This document shows positions 27,849-38,114 of a stretch of DNA of 64,000 nucleotides, one piece after another (within the stretch, counting starts at the first letter, position 1; every line of letters starts with the position of its first letter). This DNA is from Candidatus Hydrogenedentota bacterium (GTDB lineage: Bacteria > Hydrogenedentota > Hydrogenedentia > Hydrogenedentales > JAEUWI01): positions 1 to 64,000 of the forward strand of contig JAXMOL010000022.1 of NCBI GenBank assembly GCA_034669905.1, read 5' to 3'. The notes under the pieces are model-generated. The model was not told the DNA's origin. It was given only the letters and a program-made list of their open reading frames with translations, and ran no database searches. The translations under genes and the position numbers were made by a program.

Positions 27849-28621
27849 TGGGACTGGTAGACACCCATTGCCATCTTCAGAGTGAACGTTTCTCTGGGGA
27901 TCGGGACGCTGTATTGCAGGCCAGCCTCGACGTATTGGACTGGATCGTCGTCATTGGAGACGATATTCCGAGTAGTGAAGAAGCCCTCTCATTGCTTGGC
28001 CCCCGCGTGTTTGGGGTGGTCGGCATGCATCCCTACTATGCCAAAGACTGTGACGAGGCCACCTTCGTGCGCCTGCGGGAAATGGCCCAGCGACCGGAAG
28101 TCATCGCCCTGGGAGAAATGGGACTCGACTATTTCAACGAGTATTCCCCCCGCGACAGGCAGGCCGACGCCTTTCGAACACAGCTCGACCTGGCCTGCGA
28201 ACTCGACATGCCCATCGTCATCCACAACCGGGAAGCCGATGAAGACTGCTACGCCATTCTCGCGGAATATGCGCCCCGGCTGGCAGGCTGCATTATGCAC
28301 TGCTTCGGAAGTGGCCCCGACTATGCCCGGAAGTTTCTTGACCTCGGCTTTTATATCTCTTTTGCCGGTAATGTCACCTTTAAAAAGGCCGTAGACCTCC
28401 AGGAAGCCGCCAAGGTGGTGCCCCTGGACCGGCTCCTCGTGGAAACGGATGCCCCCTTCCTCGCGCCGGTCCCCCTCCGCGGGAAACGGTGTGAACCCCA
28501 CTTTGTATCCCATACGGCCGACTTTCTCGCCGATCTCAAGGGCATTGACCGGGAAACGCTGGCCAAGGCGACCACCGCAAACGCCCACCGGGTTTATCGA
28601 ATCCCCCAATCGGCGGACTGA
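27848..28621 (+). CDS. tatD: TatD-family hydrolase
   Basis: DTHCHL, GEMGLD, IHNREA, HCF and ETDAPFLAP. Confidence 0.92.
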   Translation: MGLVDTHCHLQSERFSGDRDAVLQASLDVLDWIVVIGDDIPSSEEALSLLGPRVFGVVGMHPYYAKDCDEATFVRLREMAQRPEVIALGEMGLDYFNEYSPRDRQADAFRTQLDLACELDMPIVIHNREADEDCYAILAEYAPRLAGCIMHCFGSGPDYARKFLDLGFYISFAGNVTFKKAVDLQEAAKVVPLDRLLVETDAPFLAPVPLRGKRCEPHFVSHTADFLADLKGIDRETLAKATTANAHRVYRIPQSAD

Positions 28622-28716
28622 CAGACGCGCTCCGGAGTCGTTTCAGCATTTTTGCCTGTCCCCCGCCCCCTCCATTAACGTAGAATGCCCATGAAGCCAC
28701 CATCCCCACATGAGTC

Positions 28717-30492
28717 GTGACGATGACCGAAACCGCTACAATCGGATACTTGGAATTCCCCGTCGGTGATCGGACCCGGGTCTACACCCGCCCTGTCGAG
28801 ACGGTCACGGCTACCTCCGTGGAAGAAGTCGCCCCGGCGCTGGCGCGCGTACAGGCCCTTGTAGCGTCGGGTTTCCATGCGGGCGGTTATGTGGCCTATG
28901 AGGCGGCGGCGGCATTCGACCCCGCCTTCCAGACCCCCCCCCCATCGGACCTTCCCCTGCTATGCTTTGGCATCTACGCCGCATGTCAGTGGCGAAGCGA
29001 AACCGCGCAACACCTGCCCCTGGCCTCCGAGGGCCCCGTGTGGAGCGCTTCCATCGACCGAAGCCAGTACGACACGACCGTGGCCGCCATTCGGGCGCAC
29101 ATCGCCGCAGGCGACACCTACCAGGTAAACTATACCTTCCCCACCAGCGCACCGTTCGCCCATTCGGGATACGATTGGTTCCTCGATCGCCACCGGGCGC
29201 AACGCGGCCCCTACAGTGCCTTTCAGCAATGGGGCGACCATGAAGTCATCTCCTTGTCGCCGGAATTGTTCTTTTCCCTGGAAGGGGACCAGCTCACCAG
29301 CCGCCCCATGAAAGGCACACGGCCCCGTGGCCTGAGCGCACGCGCGGACCAGGCACTGCGGGAAGAACTCTTGAACTCCCCCAAAGAGCGCGCCGAAAAC
29401 CTCATGATCGTCGATATGCTCCGTAACGATATGGGGCGCATCTGTGAGACCGGCACCGTCCAGGTACCCGATCTTTTCTCCGCCGAACAATACCCTACGG
29501 TGTGGCAAATGACCAGCACCGTCACGGGAAAGACCAACGCGACGGTCCCGGAAATTTTTCAGGCCCTGTTTCCCTGCGCATCGGTGACCGGGGCACCCAA
29601 AATAGAAACCATGAAGCTCATTCGCCAATTGGAAACCGGACCCCGCGGCGTATACTGTGGCGCGGTCGGGTGGTGGGCGCCGGACCGAAGTGCCTGCTTC
29701 AACGTGGCCATTCGAACCGCCACCATCGACACCCGCCGCGGTACCGCGACCTACCCCGTCGGCAGTGGCATCACCTGGGATTCCGTAGATCACCAGGAAT
29801 ATGCCGAGTGCAAGACCAAGACCGCGGTCCTGCAACACGGGCATCCCCCGTTCGAACTGCTTGCCTCCCTGCGGCTCGATGAGGCGGGTTACTTCTTGCT
29901 GCCCCTCCATCTGGACCGGCTCGAAGCATCGGCCACCTATTTTGGCGTGCCATGGTGCCGGGATTCCGTCATCGCTGCGCTGGAATCCTATCGTCCACAG
30001 GTCGACACCTTACCCGCAAAAGTACGGCTCACGGCGAATCGACGCGGCGGTATCGAGATTACCCATGCTCCCCTGCCTGCGCCGAGCCCCTGGAATGTCG
30101 GTCTGGCAACCGACCCAATCGATACCCGGCAGCCGTGGGTTCACCACAAGACCACCCACCGCATTCCCTACGACAGACTGCGGGCTACCCGCCCGGACTG
30201 TACCGATGTGCTGCTGTGGGATGAAGAAACCCGGCTCACGGAAGCCAGCTTCGCCAACATCGTCTTGGAAATGGGCGGCAGACGCTATACCCCCCCGACT
30301 CATCTTGGGCTCTTGGAAGGGGTCTTTCGACGCCATTTGCTGGAGGACGGCGCCATCGAGGAGCGGGTCCTCTTTGTTTCCGACCTGGAACTGGCAGATG
30401 CAATCTACCTCATAAACAGCGTACGGAAGTGGATTCCAGTTAACTGGATACCCCGCCACGCGGACCGCCCGCTAGTCGAGCACACTCGGTAG
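28717..30492 (+). CDS. pabB: Fused aminodeoxychorismate synthase component I / aminodeoxychorismate lyase
   Basis: GDTYQVNYT, SPELF, PMKGT, KERAENLMIVD and GAPK, plus a C-terminal class IV aminotransferase domain (HKTT, GLLEGVFR, NSVR). Confidence 0.88.
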   Translation: MTMTETATIGYLEFPVGDRTRVYTRPVETVTATSVEEVAPALARVQALVASGFHAGGYVAYEAAAAFDPAFQTPPPSDLPLLCFGIYAACQWRSETAQHLPLASEGPVWSASIDRSQYDTTVAAIRAHIAAGDTYQVNYTFPTSAPFAHSGYDWFLDRHRAQRGPYSAFQQWGDHEVISLSPELFFSLEGDQLTSRPMKGTRPRGLSARADQALREELLNSPKERAENLMIVDMLRNDMGRICETGTVQVPDLFSAEQYPTVWQMTSTVTGKTNATVPEIFQALFPCASVTGAPKIETMKLIRQLETGPRGVYCGAVGWWAPDRSACFNVAIRTATIDTRRGTATYPVGSGITWDSVDHQEYAECKTKTAVLQHGHPPFELLASLRLDEAGYFLLPLHLDRLEASATYFGVPWCRDSVIAALESYRPQVDTLPAKVRLTANRRGGIEITHAPLPAPSPWNVGLATDPIDTRQPWVHHKTTHRIPYDRLRATRPDCTDVLLWDEETRLTEASFANIVLEMGGRRYTPPTHLGLLEGVFRRHLLEDGAIEERVLFVSDLELADAIYLINSVRKWIPVNWIPRHADRPLVEHTR

Positions 30493-31737
30493 CACCCGCA
30501 TCAGCTCGTCCAAGGTCGTAATTCCTTTTTGCGCTTTGGAAAACCCATCCTCCGCCATGGTTTCCATCCCCTTGGTCACCGCCATCTCCTCCAACTGGGA
30601 CGTGGTCGGCTCCTCCAGAATCAACTCGGCGATCTCCTGATCCACCGTGAAAAGCTCACCGATGGTCGCACGCCCCCGAAAGCCAATGCCGTTACAGGAT
30701 TCACACCCGCCACCCCGATAGAATTTCGCCTTCTTTTTGCTTGAAACGAATCGGGCACGTATCGCCACATCCGGCGTGTAGGCTTCCAGGCAATCGGGAC
30801 AATTGAGGCGCACAAGGCGTTGGGCCAATACGGCCGTGACCGAGGAGGCCACAAGAAAGGGCTCGATACCCATATCCAACAGGCGGGTGAAGACCCCTGC
30901 CGACGTGCCACTGTGAATGGTGCTGATCACAAAGTGACCGGTCAGCCCCGCCCGTATGGCCATCCGCGCCGTTTCCAGATCACGGATCTCGCCCACCATA
31001 ATGACTTCGGGGTCCTGTCGGAGAATGGCCCGCAGTGCCGTGGCGAAGGTAAAGTCTACGTGGGGATTAGTCTGAATCTGGGAGATACGATCCATCGTAT
31101 ATTCCACCGGGTCCTCGATGGTCACGATATTGGTGGTATTCTTCTGCAAACGCATGAGCTCACGAAGCAAGGCATAGATCGTGGTGGTCTTGCCGCTGGA
31201 ACTCGGACCGGTCAACATCAACGCACCGGAAGTTCGGGTGATGACATCCTGCAGGGTCTGAATCACCGTGGGCTGGAAGCCCAGCGTCTCCAGGGTGTAG
31301 AGCTCCACCGTATCGCCCAACAGTCGGATTACCGTTTTTTCACCCTTGATTGTGGGCACGGTGGATACACGTAAAGGGCGGCCACAGGTGGTTTTTTCGA
31401 AATCAATACGCCCATCCTGGGGGACATCCTTGCGATAAACCACCAGATCGGCCAGCACCTTGATACGGGCATTAATCTTCGGCTGGAACTCTTTCGGTAT
31501 GAAAGCGCACTGGTGGAGGATACCGTCGATACGATACCGCAAGGAAAAATAGTCGGTCCAGGGTTCAAGGTGGATATCACTGCAGCCGTGATAGGCCCCC
31601 TGACTGATGAGGAGATCCACCGCATCGGCCACCCCCGTCTCATCGGTCTGGTCCAACAGGGCCAACAACTCGTTCTGAATCTGATTCAACGGGATGGCCC
31701 GAGCCTGGTCCCGCTCCATTTGACTATGATCTGACAT
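30472..31737 (-). CDS. GspE/PilB-family secretion/pilus ATPase
   Basis: SDIHLEP, PQDGR, Walker A GPSSSGKTTT, TIEDPVE, LRQDPEVIMVGEIRD and a tetracysteine motif. Confidence 0.9.
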   Translation of the reverse strand: MSDHSQMERDQARAIPLNQIQNELLALLDQTDETGVADAVDLLISQGAYHGCSDIHLEPWTDYFSLRYRIDGILHQCAFIPKEFQPKINARIKVLADLVVYRKDVPQDGRIDFEKTTCGRPLRVSTVPTIKGEKTVIRLLGDTVELYTLETLGFQPTVIQTLQDVITRTSGALMLTGPSSSGKTTTIYALLRELMRLQKNTTNIVTIEDPVEYTMDRISQIQTNPHVDFTFATALRAILRQDPEVIMVGEIRDLETARMAIRAGLTGHFVISTIHSGTSAGVFTRLLDMGIEPFLVASSVTAVLAQRLVRLNCPDCLEAYTPDVAIRARFVSSKKKAKFYRGGGCESCNGIGFRGRATIGELFTVDQEIAELILEEPTTSQLEEMAVTKGMETMAEDGFSKAQKGITTLDELMRVLPSVLD

Positions 31738-32152
31738 GCGCCAAGCTCCGCGCTGCATTCTCCCCCGGTCAATCGCCTTCCGCCCATCCAGGCGAAGTCA
31801 TGCCTCCCCCACGATAGGGGTTTGGAGTATGGCAAGGAATTAAGGCCATCGATTGGAAAAAATGTGATAAATTGGGGTATATTGTTTACACGTAACCAAC
31901 GGGGCCCGGTTGCTCCGCCCACTGCATATTGCGCAAACGACGGTGTAAAAGTCAACACGTGGTTAAGATGGTATACTCCGCTCGGGAAATAATCGGTCGT
32001 GTACGCAGGTGTGAATACCGACACGAAACATTTGACGGAAAGCTGAATAATTCTTATACTGGCCTCATAAGCGCTATCGGAATGCCGTAAGAAACCCGGC
32101 ACCGCGATAGGCGCGGCAGAGCCCGTCCCGCAAGGGGTGTTGGAAAGGGAAG

Positions 32153-33319
32153 ATGGAACCCGAATCGTATCAACCGTACCCCTGGACGCAGTTTGCCCCC
32201 CAACTGCCCTCACCCGGTGAATTTGCGATCCTGGTGCTCTACACGGGTGCCCTCGTTCTCGCCGGTAAACTCTTCAAGAGCTGGTGGACCCGGGACAACG
32301 AAACTGTGCCAATCCCGGTCGCCCTCGGCATGGGTATCTCCATGATATTCATGTTCCTCCTCTTGATTGTGGCCTTCTACAACCGGTCTATCAGCAGCCA
32401 GGAAATCATCAAAGTCGTCATGGAAGACGGCCGCGAGATGAATGCCATTACGCCCGACAGCCGCTATTTTGGCCTGCTGCTCTGGTGTATGATCGCCTTT
32501 GTCTTTCCCCTCTTCTATTACGGCCTGATCATCGTCAATTCCTTCGCCTCCCGGGTCATTGATCGGGTCAGCCCCTTCGGAATGCAGATCCACGAGCCTT
32601 CCGAGTTTGCGGAAGCCCGCAAGCTTGCGCTCCGGGGTGATGTGGATGGTGCGGTGAAACGCTACCGGGCCTATCTGGAAAATACCGAGGATGCCCTTTT
32701 TGAAGCCGCCCGCTTGCTCAAATCCGAAGATCGCTTCGCCGAGGCCGCGGCCCTCTTTCAGGAAATCTCCGAACGCTTCTACGGAAAAAAACTCATTTGG
32801 GCCGAAGCCACCTATCACCTCGCAAAACTGCGAGAAAGGCACCTCCACCAGGCATCCAAGGCTACGACACTCTTTGAACAGGTCATCGAACGCACGCCCG
32901 ATTCCCGCTTCGGACAGTTGGCTCAAACCGAACTCGCGCGTATGAGTCATCTCTACGGCACGACCGATGCGCCGACCGAGAAGATCGATATCGCGCCACT
33001 GGACGACCCCTTCTACGACGATGAAGATACCCGCCGGCCACTCTCGGTCGAACCCCTGGGCGCCCAGGATAACGGACGACACCACACCTCGGAGTCGGAT
33101 CACGAAGATCTTGACGACCTCCCGGTACCGCCCGCGGACCCCTTCTACGCGGTCGCCCAGCGCAATCGGGAAGAAGCAGCCCGTCTGGAATTAGAGGCCC
33201 AAGAGGCCGATGCACCGAAGTCCGCAAAAAAAACGACGGCCCGCAAGAAGCCGGCGGCAACGAAAAAAGCGGCCGCCAAGAAGGCGCCTGCCAAGCGGAA
33301 AACCAAGCCTAAGAGTTGA
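32153..33319 (+). CDS. Membrane protein with TPR-like helices and Lys/Ala-rich tail
   Basis: Three TM segments, Ala-rich helical repeats ending YP/TP-xS-type turns, an acidic region, then KKPAATKKAAAKK. Confidence 0.7.
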   Translation: MEPESYQPYPWTQFAPQLPSPGEFAILVLYTGALVLAGKLFKSWWTRDNETVPIPVALGMGISMIFMFLLLIVAFYNRSISSQEIIKVVMEDGREMNAITPDSRYFGLLLWCMIAFVFPLFYYGLIIVNSFASRVIDRVSPFGMQIHEPSEFAEARKLALRGDVDGAVKRYRAYLENTEDALFEAARLLKSEDRFAEAAALFQEISERFYGKKLIWAEATYHLAKLRERHLHQASKATTLFEQVIERTPDSRFGQLAQTELARMSHLYGTTDAPTEKIDIAPLDDPFYDDEDTRRPLSVEPLGAQDNGRHHTSESDHEDLDDLPVPPADPFYAVAQRNREEAARLELEAQEADAPKSAKKTTARKKPAATKKAAAKKAPAKRKTKPKS

Positions 33320-33352
33320 ACATCTACCCTTCCACGTTCGATTGAGTATTCC

Positions 33353-34087
33353 TTGTCTGTTCCCCGTCCCATTCAGATTTCCCGCGCACTCTCAACGGCA
33401 GTCGATGCGCTTCAATTCGGCACGCCGGTCACCCACGTCTACAACCCCCTGCGCTACGCACGCAAGAGCCACGAGCAGTACGTGCGTCGCTTTGCCCGCC
33501 CCCAGGTCGACGTCCTGCTGGTCGGGATGAACCCGGGCCCGTGGGGTATGGCACAAACCGGCGTACCCTTCGGCGAGATACCCCATGTACGTGACTGGAT
33601 GGGGATTTCAGCCTCCGTAGACCGCCCGGAGCGGGAACACCCGAAACGTCCTGTCGTCGGCTTTGCCTGCGAACGCAATGAAGTCAGCGGCGCCCGACTG
33701 TGGGGTTGGGCGAAAGCACGCTTTCACAAGCCGGAACACTTTTTCGAGCAATTCTACGTCCACAACTATTGCCCCTTGTGTTTTATGGAAGAAAGTGGAC
33801 GAAATTTCACCCCGGACAAGCTCAAGAAAGAGGAACGTCTCCCCCTTTTCACAGCCTGCGACACCGCCCTGGCCGATCTCGTGGCCTACCTCAAGCCATC
33901 CTATTTACTCGGTGTAGGCACCTTCGCGGAACAGCAGATCAAGCGGGCGATTCCCGATTACCCAGGCACTATCGGTCGAATTCTACACCCAAGTCCGGCC
34001 AGTCCCATTGCCAATAGAGGCTGGGCGAGTGCGGCCGAAAAAGACCTGGCTACCCTTGGCATCGCACTGCCCACCAGATCAAGCTAA
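33353..34087 (+). CDS. SMUG1-type (family 3) uracil-DNA glycosylase
   Basis: GMNPGPWGMAQTGVPFG, EVSG, HNYCPL and HPSP. Confidence 0.92.
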   Translation: MSVPRPIQISRALSTAVDALQFGTPVTHVYNPLRYARKSHEQYVRRFARPQVDVLLVGMNPGPWGMAQTGVPFGEIPHVRDWMGISASVDRPEREHPKRPVVGFACERNEVSGARLWGWAKARFHKPEHFFEQFYVHNYCPLCFMEESGRNFTPDKLKKEERLPLFTACDTALADLVAYLKPSYLLGVGTFAEQQIKRAIPDYPGTIGRILHPSPASPIANRGWASAAEKDLATLGIALPTRSS

Positions 34088-34162
34088 CGCCCCGCACGAC
34101 CCATTTAGTATACTTCCCTTGGTCGCGCATCCGGCAAGCGCCGATGTCTGGAGATTGCCCAC

Positions 34163-35605
34163 TTGCCTCAGAAGCTTTTCGCAGGAATTATCGGGGTGGG
34201 GTTGGCATGGAGTGTGGGCATTTCTGCGGCTGCCGCTTCCTTTGTCAATATCGCCCCCCAAATGTCCTACCTCGAGACAGAACGGGACGCCTACACGATT
34301 GACACCATTCAGGACGAGCGCGTCCTTTCCACCTTTCACCCCCTCCGTGATCCACGCTTTGCCATTGGCTATACCGGCGGCAAGGATCACTGGTTTACCA
34401 TCGACATTGATCTTAACCGCACAACGGGCTGGCACGTCCTGGAGCTCTACAACCCCCGACTCGGCGAGGCGGTCCTCTACCAGCCCGATGCAGAGGGAAA
34501 CTACTACGCCACGGAACTGGGGGCCCGCCATCCCTTCTGGAAACGTCATATCGCCGGACTGACGCCAGCCTTTCCCGTCCGCATTGATACCCGGGAGCCT
34601 GCCCGATACTATCTACGGGTGCGGCACTACGGGTCACTGCGATTTGAGGCCCGGCTGTGGGAGCTCGACGATTTCAACCGAAGTGCCAATCGCTTCCTGT
34701 CGTTCTACCTCGTCTTGTCTGGCGCCCTGCTGACCCTCGCCATATTCAACCTCAGCGTCTTTTTTCAGCTTCGGAAGGCGAATTATCTTTGGCTCGGCCT
34801 TTTTCTTGGCGCATTGAACTTCAATCTCATGGCCAACTCGGGCACGGCCAACATGTTACTTTGGCCAACGCCCTCGTGGATTAAATTCCACAGCATGCCC
34901 ATCACCGACCTCTTGACGATTTGGACCGGCATCGCCTTCTGCAACACCTTCCTGAAAAACGCCCCGGGTGCCCCTTTCCTGACCCGCCTGAATCTTCTTG
35001 CCGGGTTGATCGCGTTTCTGGGCCTGCTCGGGACCCTGTTTCTTATCACAAGTGCATTCTATCTTCTCTTTCTGGGTGGGGTATTAGCACCGGTTGCGGT
35101 GACCATCATGGCGTTTCGCGCCGCCATGGCACGACAGCCATACGCCCTGGGATTCCTCGCGTGTTGGGGACTGCTTCTCGCCGCCGTCGTATTTTCCTGC
35201 CTCCAAGGCCCGGGACTCATGCCGGCAACACCCTTCACCGAGAACTTTCTCTTCATAGCCGCCTTTCCGGCCGCTGTCGGCTGGTCCTTTACCCTGATCA
35301 GTCAGGTCAGGCAAAAAATCCACGACGAGCGGATAGCACTCGAGCAGGAATTAGCGGCCAACAGTTCGAAACTTCGGGATGCCCTCGAGGAAGTCGAGAC
35401 CCTCCACGAGCTCTTGCCCATTTGCTGCAACTGTAAGAAAATTCGGGATGATTCCGGGTACTGGCAACATGTGGAGACTTATTTTCGCACCCACATGGAA
35501 ACGGATTTCAGCCATGGGATATGTCCGGACTGTGCAACCAATCTGTACCCCGAATATTTTCCAGAGTCCCGCAAACCCCAACCCCCTGCCCCACCGGAAT
35601 CATGA
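34163..35605 (+). CDS. 7TM-DISM receptor with C-terminal Cys-rich module
   Basis: Signal peptide, DISMED2-like domain (DHWF, YYLRV), 7 TM helices, coiled coil and LLPICCNCKKIRDD...SHGICPDC. Confidence 0.8.
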   Translation: MPQKLFAGIIGVGLAWSVGISAAAASFVNIAPQMSYLETERDAYTIDTIQDERVLSTFHPLRDPRFAIGYTGGKDHWFTIDIDLNRTTGWHVLELYNPRLGEAVLYQPDAEGNYYATELGARHPFWKRHIAGLTPAFPVRIDTREPARYYLRVRHYGSLRFEARLWELDDFNRSANRFLSFYLVLSGALLTLAIFNLSVFFQLRKANYLWLGLFLGALNFNLMANSGTANMLLWPTPSWIKFHSMPITDLLTIWTGIAFCNTFLKNAPGAPFLTRLNLLAGLIAFLGLLGTLFLITSAFYLLFLGGVLAPVAVTIMAFRAAMARQPYALGFLACWGLLLAAVVFSCLQGPGLMPATPFTENFLFIAAFPAAVGWSFTLISQVRQKIHDERIALEQELAANSSKLRDALEEVETLHELLPICCNCKKIRDDSGYWQHVETYFRTHMETDFSHGICPDCATNLYPEYFPESRKPQPPAPPES

Positions 35606-36381
35606 ACGCCACGCGTACCCGAACAGAATCCCTATGTAAAGAGATGAAACATCTGGGCCTCTCCCCGGGAGACTCCGTCCTCGTGCACAGCTCCTTGAGT
35701 GCCATGGGCTGGATAGAAGGCGGGGCGTCCACCGTGGTTGAAGCCCTGCTCATGGCGGTAGCGCCTGGGGGCACCATACTCTTCCCCACCCTGACGGGGA
35801 AGGCTTCCGATAGTCCACAACACCGTCCCTGCTGTGACCACCGTCAACGGACTACCTGGTGTGGCGCCATCCCCTGCGCGGCACTTCAGCACCCGGCATG
35901 CCACCGAAGCATCCACCCCACCCACGCCGTTGCCGCAATAGGTCCCAACGCGGCGCAGTATACAACGGGCCATCCGTCCGCCTTGAGTCCCTGTGGAACG
36001 GGCAGTCCATACACGCGACTGGCCGAGGCCGGTGGTCACATCCTGCTGCTGGGGGTCAACCACAATGCGAACACAACCTTTCATACCGCCGAAGAACTCG
36101 TCGATGCCCCCTATGTCGCCTATCCAGGCCGTTATCCGTGCCCCGTCATCGATTTACAGGGGGACTGCCACGAGATCATGACTCCCATTCATCGGTGGAA
36201 CCGCCCCCGTTGTTTTGAGGATTGGCACGAACGACTCGTCGCGGCCGGCATCGTCCGGGAAGGCCTCATCGCGGCAGCTTCTTGCCGGCTGATGGGGGCG
36301 CAGGCCCTCATCCAATGGCTCGTGGCGCAGCTTCAACACGACCCCCGAGCCCTGCTTGCGCCCGGCACACCCTATCCCTGA
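35602..36381 (+). CDS. AAC(3)/YokD-family N-acetyltransferase
   Basis: VLVHSSLS, GTILFPT, RSIHPTH, GSPY and NTTFHTAE. ATGA overlap with the upstream gene. Confidence 0.85.
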   Translation: MNATRTRTESLCKEMKHLGLSPGDSVLVHSSLSAMGWIEGGASTVVEALLMAVAPGGTILFPTLTGKASDSPQHRPCCDHRQRTTWCGAIPCAALQHPACHRSIHPTHAVAAIGPNAAQYTTGHPSALSPCGTGSPYTRLAEAGGHILLLGVNHNANTTFHTAEELVDAPYVAYPGRYPCPVIDLQGDCHEIMTPIHRWNRPRCFEDWHERLVAAGIVREGLIAAASCRLMGAQALIQWLVAQLQHDPRALLAPGTPYP

Positions 36382-36412
36382 ACAGACCGCGCTGCTTCCA
36401 TGCAAACCGCGG

Positions 36413-37933
36413 CTAAAAGATGCCGCGGTTATCCCGCGTGTTTCGCGGCAGGGAATCCAGGGGCACCTGCACATTCAGCTGGGGCAAATCATTGGCCTCA
36501 AGATCGGAAATATTCTGGACCACGTCGAGGAAGCGGTCGCCTTCCTCGGGCGCTATAATGCCGCTGGTCAGGGTTTCAAATTTGCGGATATACTCGGGCC
36601 GTTTCCAGGGCTTGGCGCCAAGAGAATGGGCGTTCGCCACCGCCATTTCATCCACGATGGTGCTTCCATCATTGAAACGTATTTCGACGCGCCCCCCAAA
36701 GGCCTTCTCGTTGGGATCACTCGCGTGATAGCGACGCGTCCATTCTTCATCTTCCACCGTACTGATCTTGTGCCAAAGCTCGACCGTGTCGGGCCGGGAT
36801 GCCCGCTCGCGGGAATAGCTCGCCACATGGTGCCAGGCACCATCCTGCAGGGCCACGGCGAAAATATACATGATGCTGTGGTCGAGGGTTTCCCGGCTCG
36901 CGTTGGGATCGAGTTTCTGGGGGTCATTGGCTCCCGTTCCGATCACATAATGGGTGTGGTGACTCGTGTGAATGGTGATATGCTCAATCGCATCGAAGTC
37001 ACCAATTTTTTCCCGCATTTTGAAGGCCAGATCGATGAGCGCCTGGCTTTGATACTCGGCCGAATGCTGTTTGGTGTACGACTCCAGGATGGACCGATGG
37101 GGCTCGTCTTTTTCGGGAAGGGTCACGGTATACCGGGCTTCCGCCCCATCGAGCATATACGCAATGACGCTGTCTTCCCCTTCATAGATGGGGGCTGGAC
37201 TCTTCTCGCCGCGCATGGCCCGGTCAACGGCTTCAATCGCCAGTTTCCCCGCGTGGGCCGGGGCATAGGCCTTCCAGCTTGAAATCTCCCCCTTACGGGA
37301 CTGTCGTGTGGTGAAGGATACGTGTACGGCCTGCTGAACCGCTTGCAGGACTACCCCATGCTCCAGGCCGAGCAAGGTCCCGATTCCAACCGCCTGCGCC
37401 GGGCAGAGGTGGGCAATATGATCTTTCTTGTGGGCGTGGAGACAGATGGCCTTCACGAGACTGATCTGAACCTCGTAGGCCGCGAGCACGGCCCGCACCA
37501 AGTCCGCACCACTCAAACCCTGACTCGCACCGCACTGCTGGGCCACCGCCAGTATCGGCGGTATATTGTCGCCCGGGTGGGAGTAATCGGCCGCAAGAAA
37601 GGTATCGTGCATGTCCAACTCGCGCACGGCCGTCCCGTTGGCCCAGGCTGCCCACTCGGCATCAAAGGTTTGCTCGATGGGCATGCCAAATACCGAAGCG
37701 CCGCGGGAACGAGGGTGGCACAAGGCCTGACTGCGGGCATTGGCCACGGGCGCTCGACTGATGGCGGCAATGGCAACTGCCGCGTTGTCGATAAAGCGAT
37801 TAATCACCATCTCCCGCGCTTCCGGATCGATTTCACTTCGGTGGGTAGCCAAGGCGGCCAGGTGATGGGCCAACTGGTCCTCGCGCGGAAGTGCTACTTT
37901 GGAGGGATAGACGCTTACGTCATAGGATTTCAT
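36413..37933 (-). CDS. prpD: 2-methylcitrate dehydratase (MmgE/PrpD family)
   Basis: [39 protein letters not shown] and RETLDHS. Confidence 0.9.
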   Translation of the reverse strand: MKSYDVSVYPSKVALPREDQLAHHLAALATHRSEIDPEAREMVINRFIDNAAVAIAAISRAPVANARSQALCHPRSRGASVFGMPIEQTFDAEWAAWANGTAVRELDMHDTFLAADYSHPGDNIPPILAVAQQCGASQGLSGADLVRAVLAAYEVQISLVKAICLHAHKKDHIAHLCPAQAVGIGTLLGLEHGVVLQAVQQAVHVSFTTRQSRKGEISSWKAYAPAHAGKLAIEAVDRAMRGEKSPAPIYEGEDSVIAYMLDGAEARYTVTLPEKDEPHRSILESYTKQHSAEYQSQALIDLAFKMREKIGDFDAIEHITIHTSHHTHYVIGTGANDPQKLDPNASRETLDHSIMYIFAVALQDGAWHHVASYSRERASRPDTVELWHKISTVEDEEWTRRYHASDPNEKAFGGRVEIRFNDGSTIVDEMAVANAHSLGAKPWKRPEYIRKFETLTSGIIAPEEGDRFLDVVQNISDLEANDLPQLNVQVPLDSLPRNTRDNRGIF

Positions 37934-38114
37934 CGCGTTTTTTCCTGAATCAGTTGGACCTGTCGGGCCGATGGGAGTCAATAGCGCCATAATTCGGGGA
38001 TGCGAAGTCCCGCCTTATGAGACTGCTGCAGGCAGATGACCGACGCCAGATTGATGATGGTTGGAGTGTAACCGATTCCTGCGCAATCGTTCCAACTCGG
38101 TGCCACCCCCGCAC

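Noticed and set aside
35602..36381. Bona fide aminoglycoside resistance gene
   Set aside because: Only family-level motifs are visible. Many chromosomal AAC(3)/YokD homologs have other substrates, and there is no mobile context.
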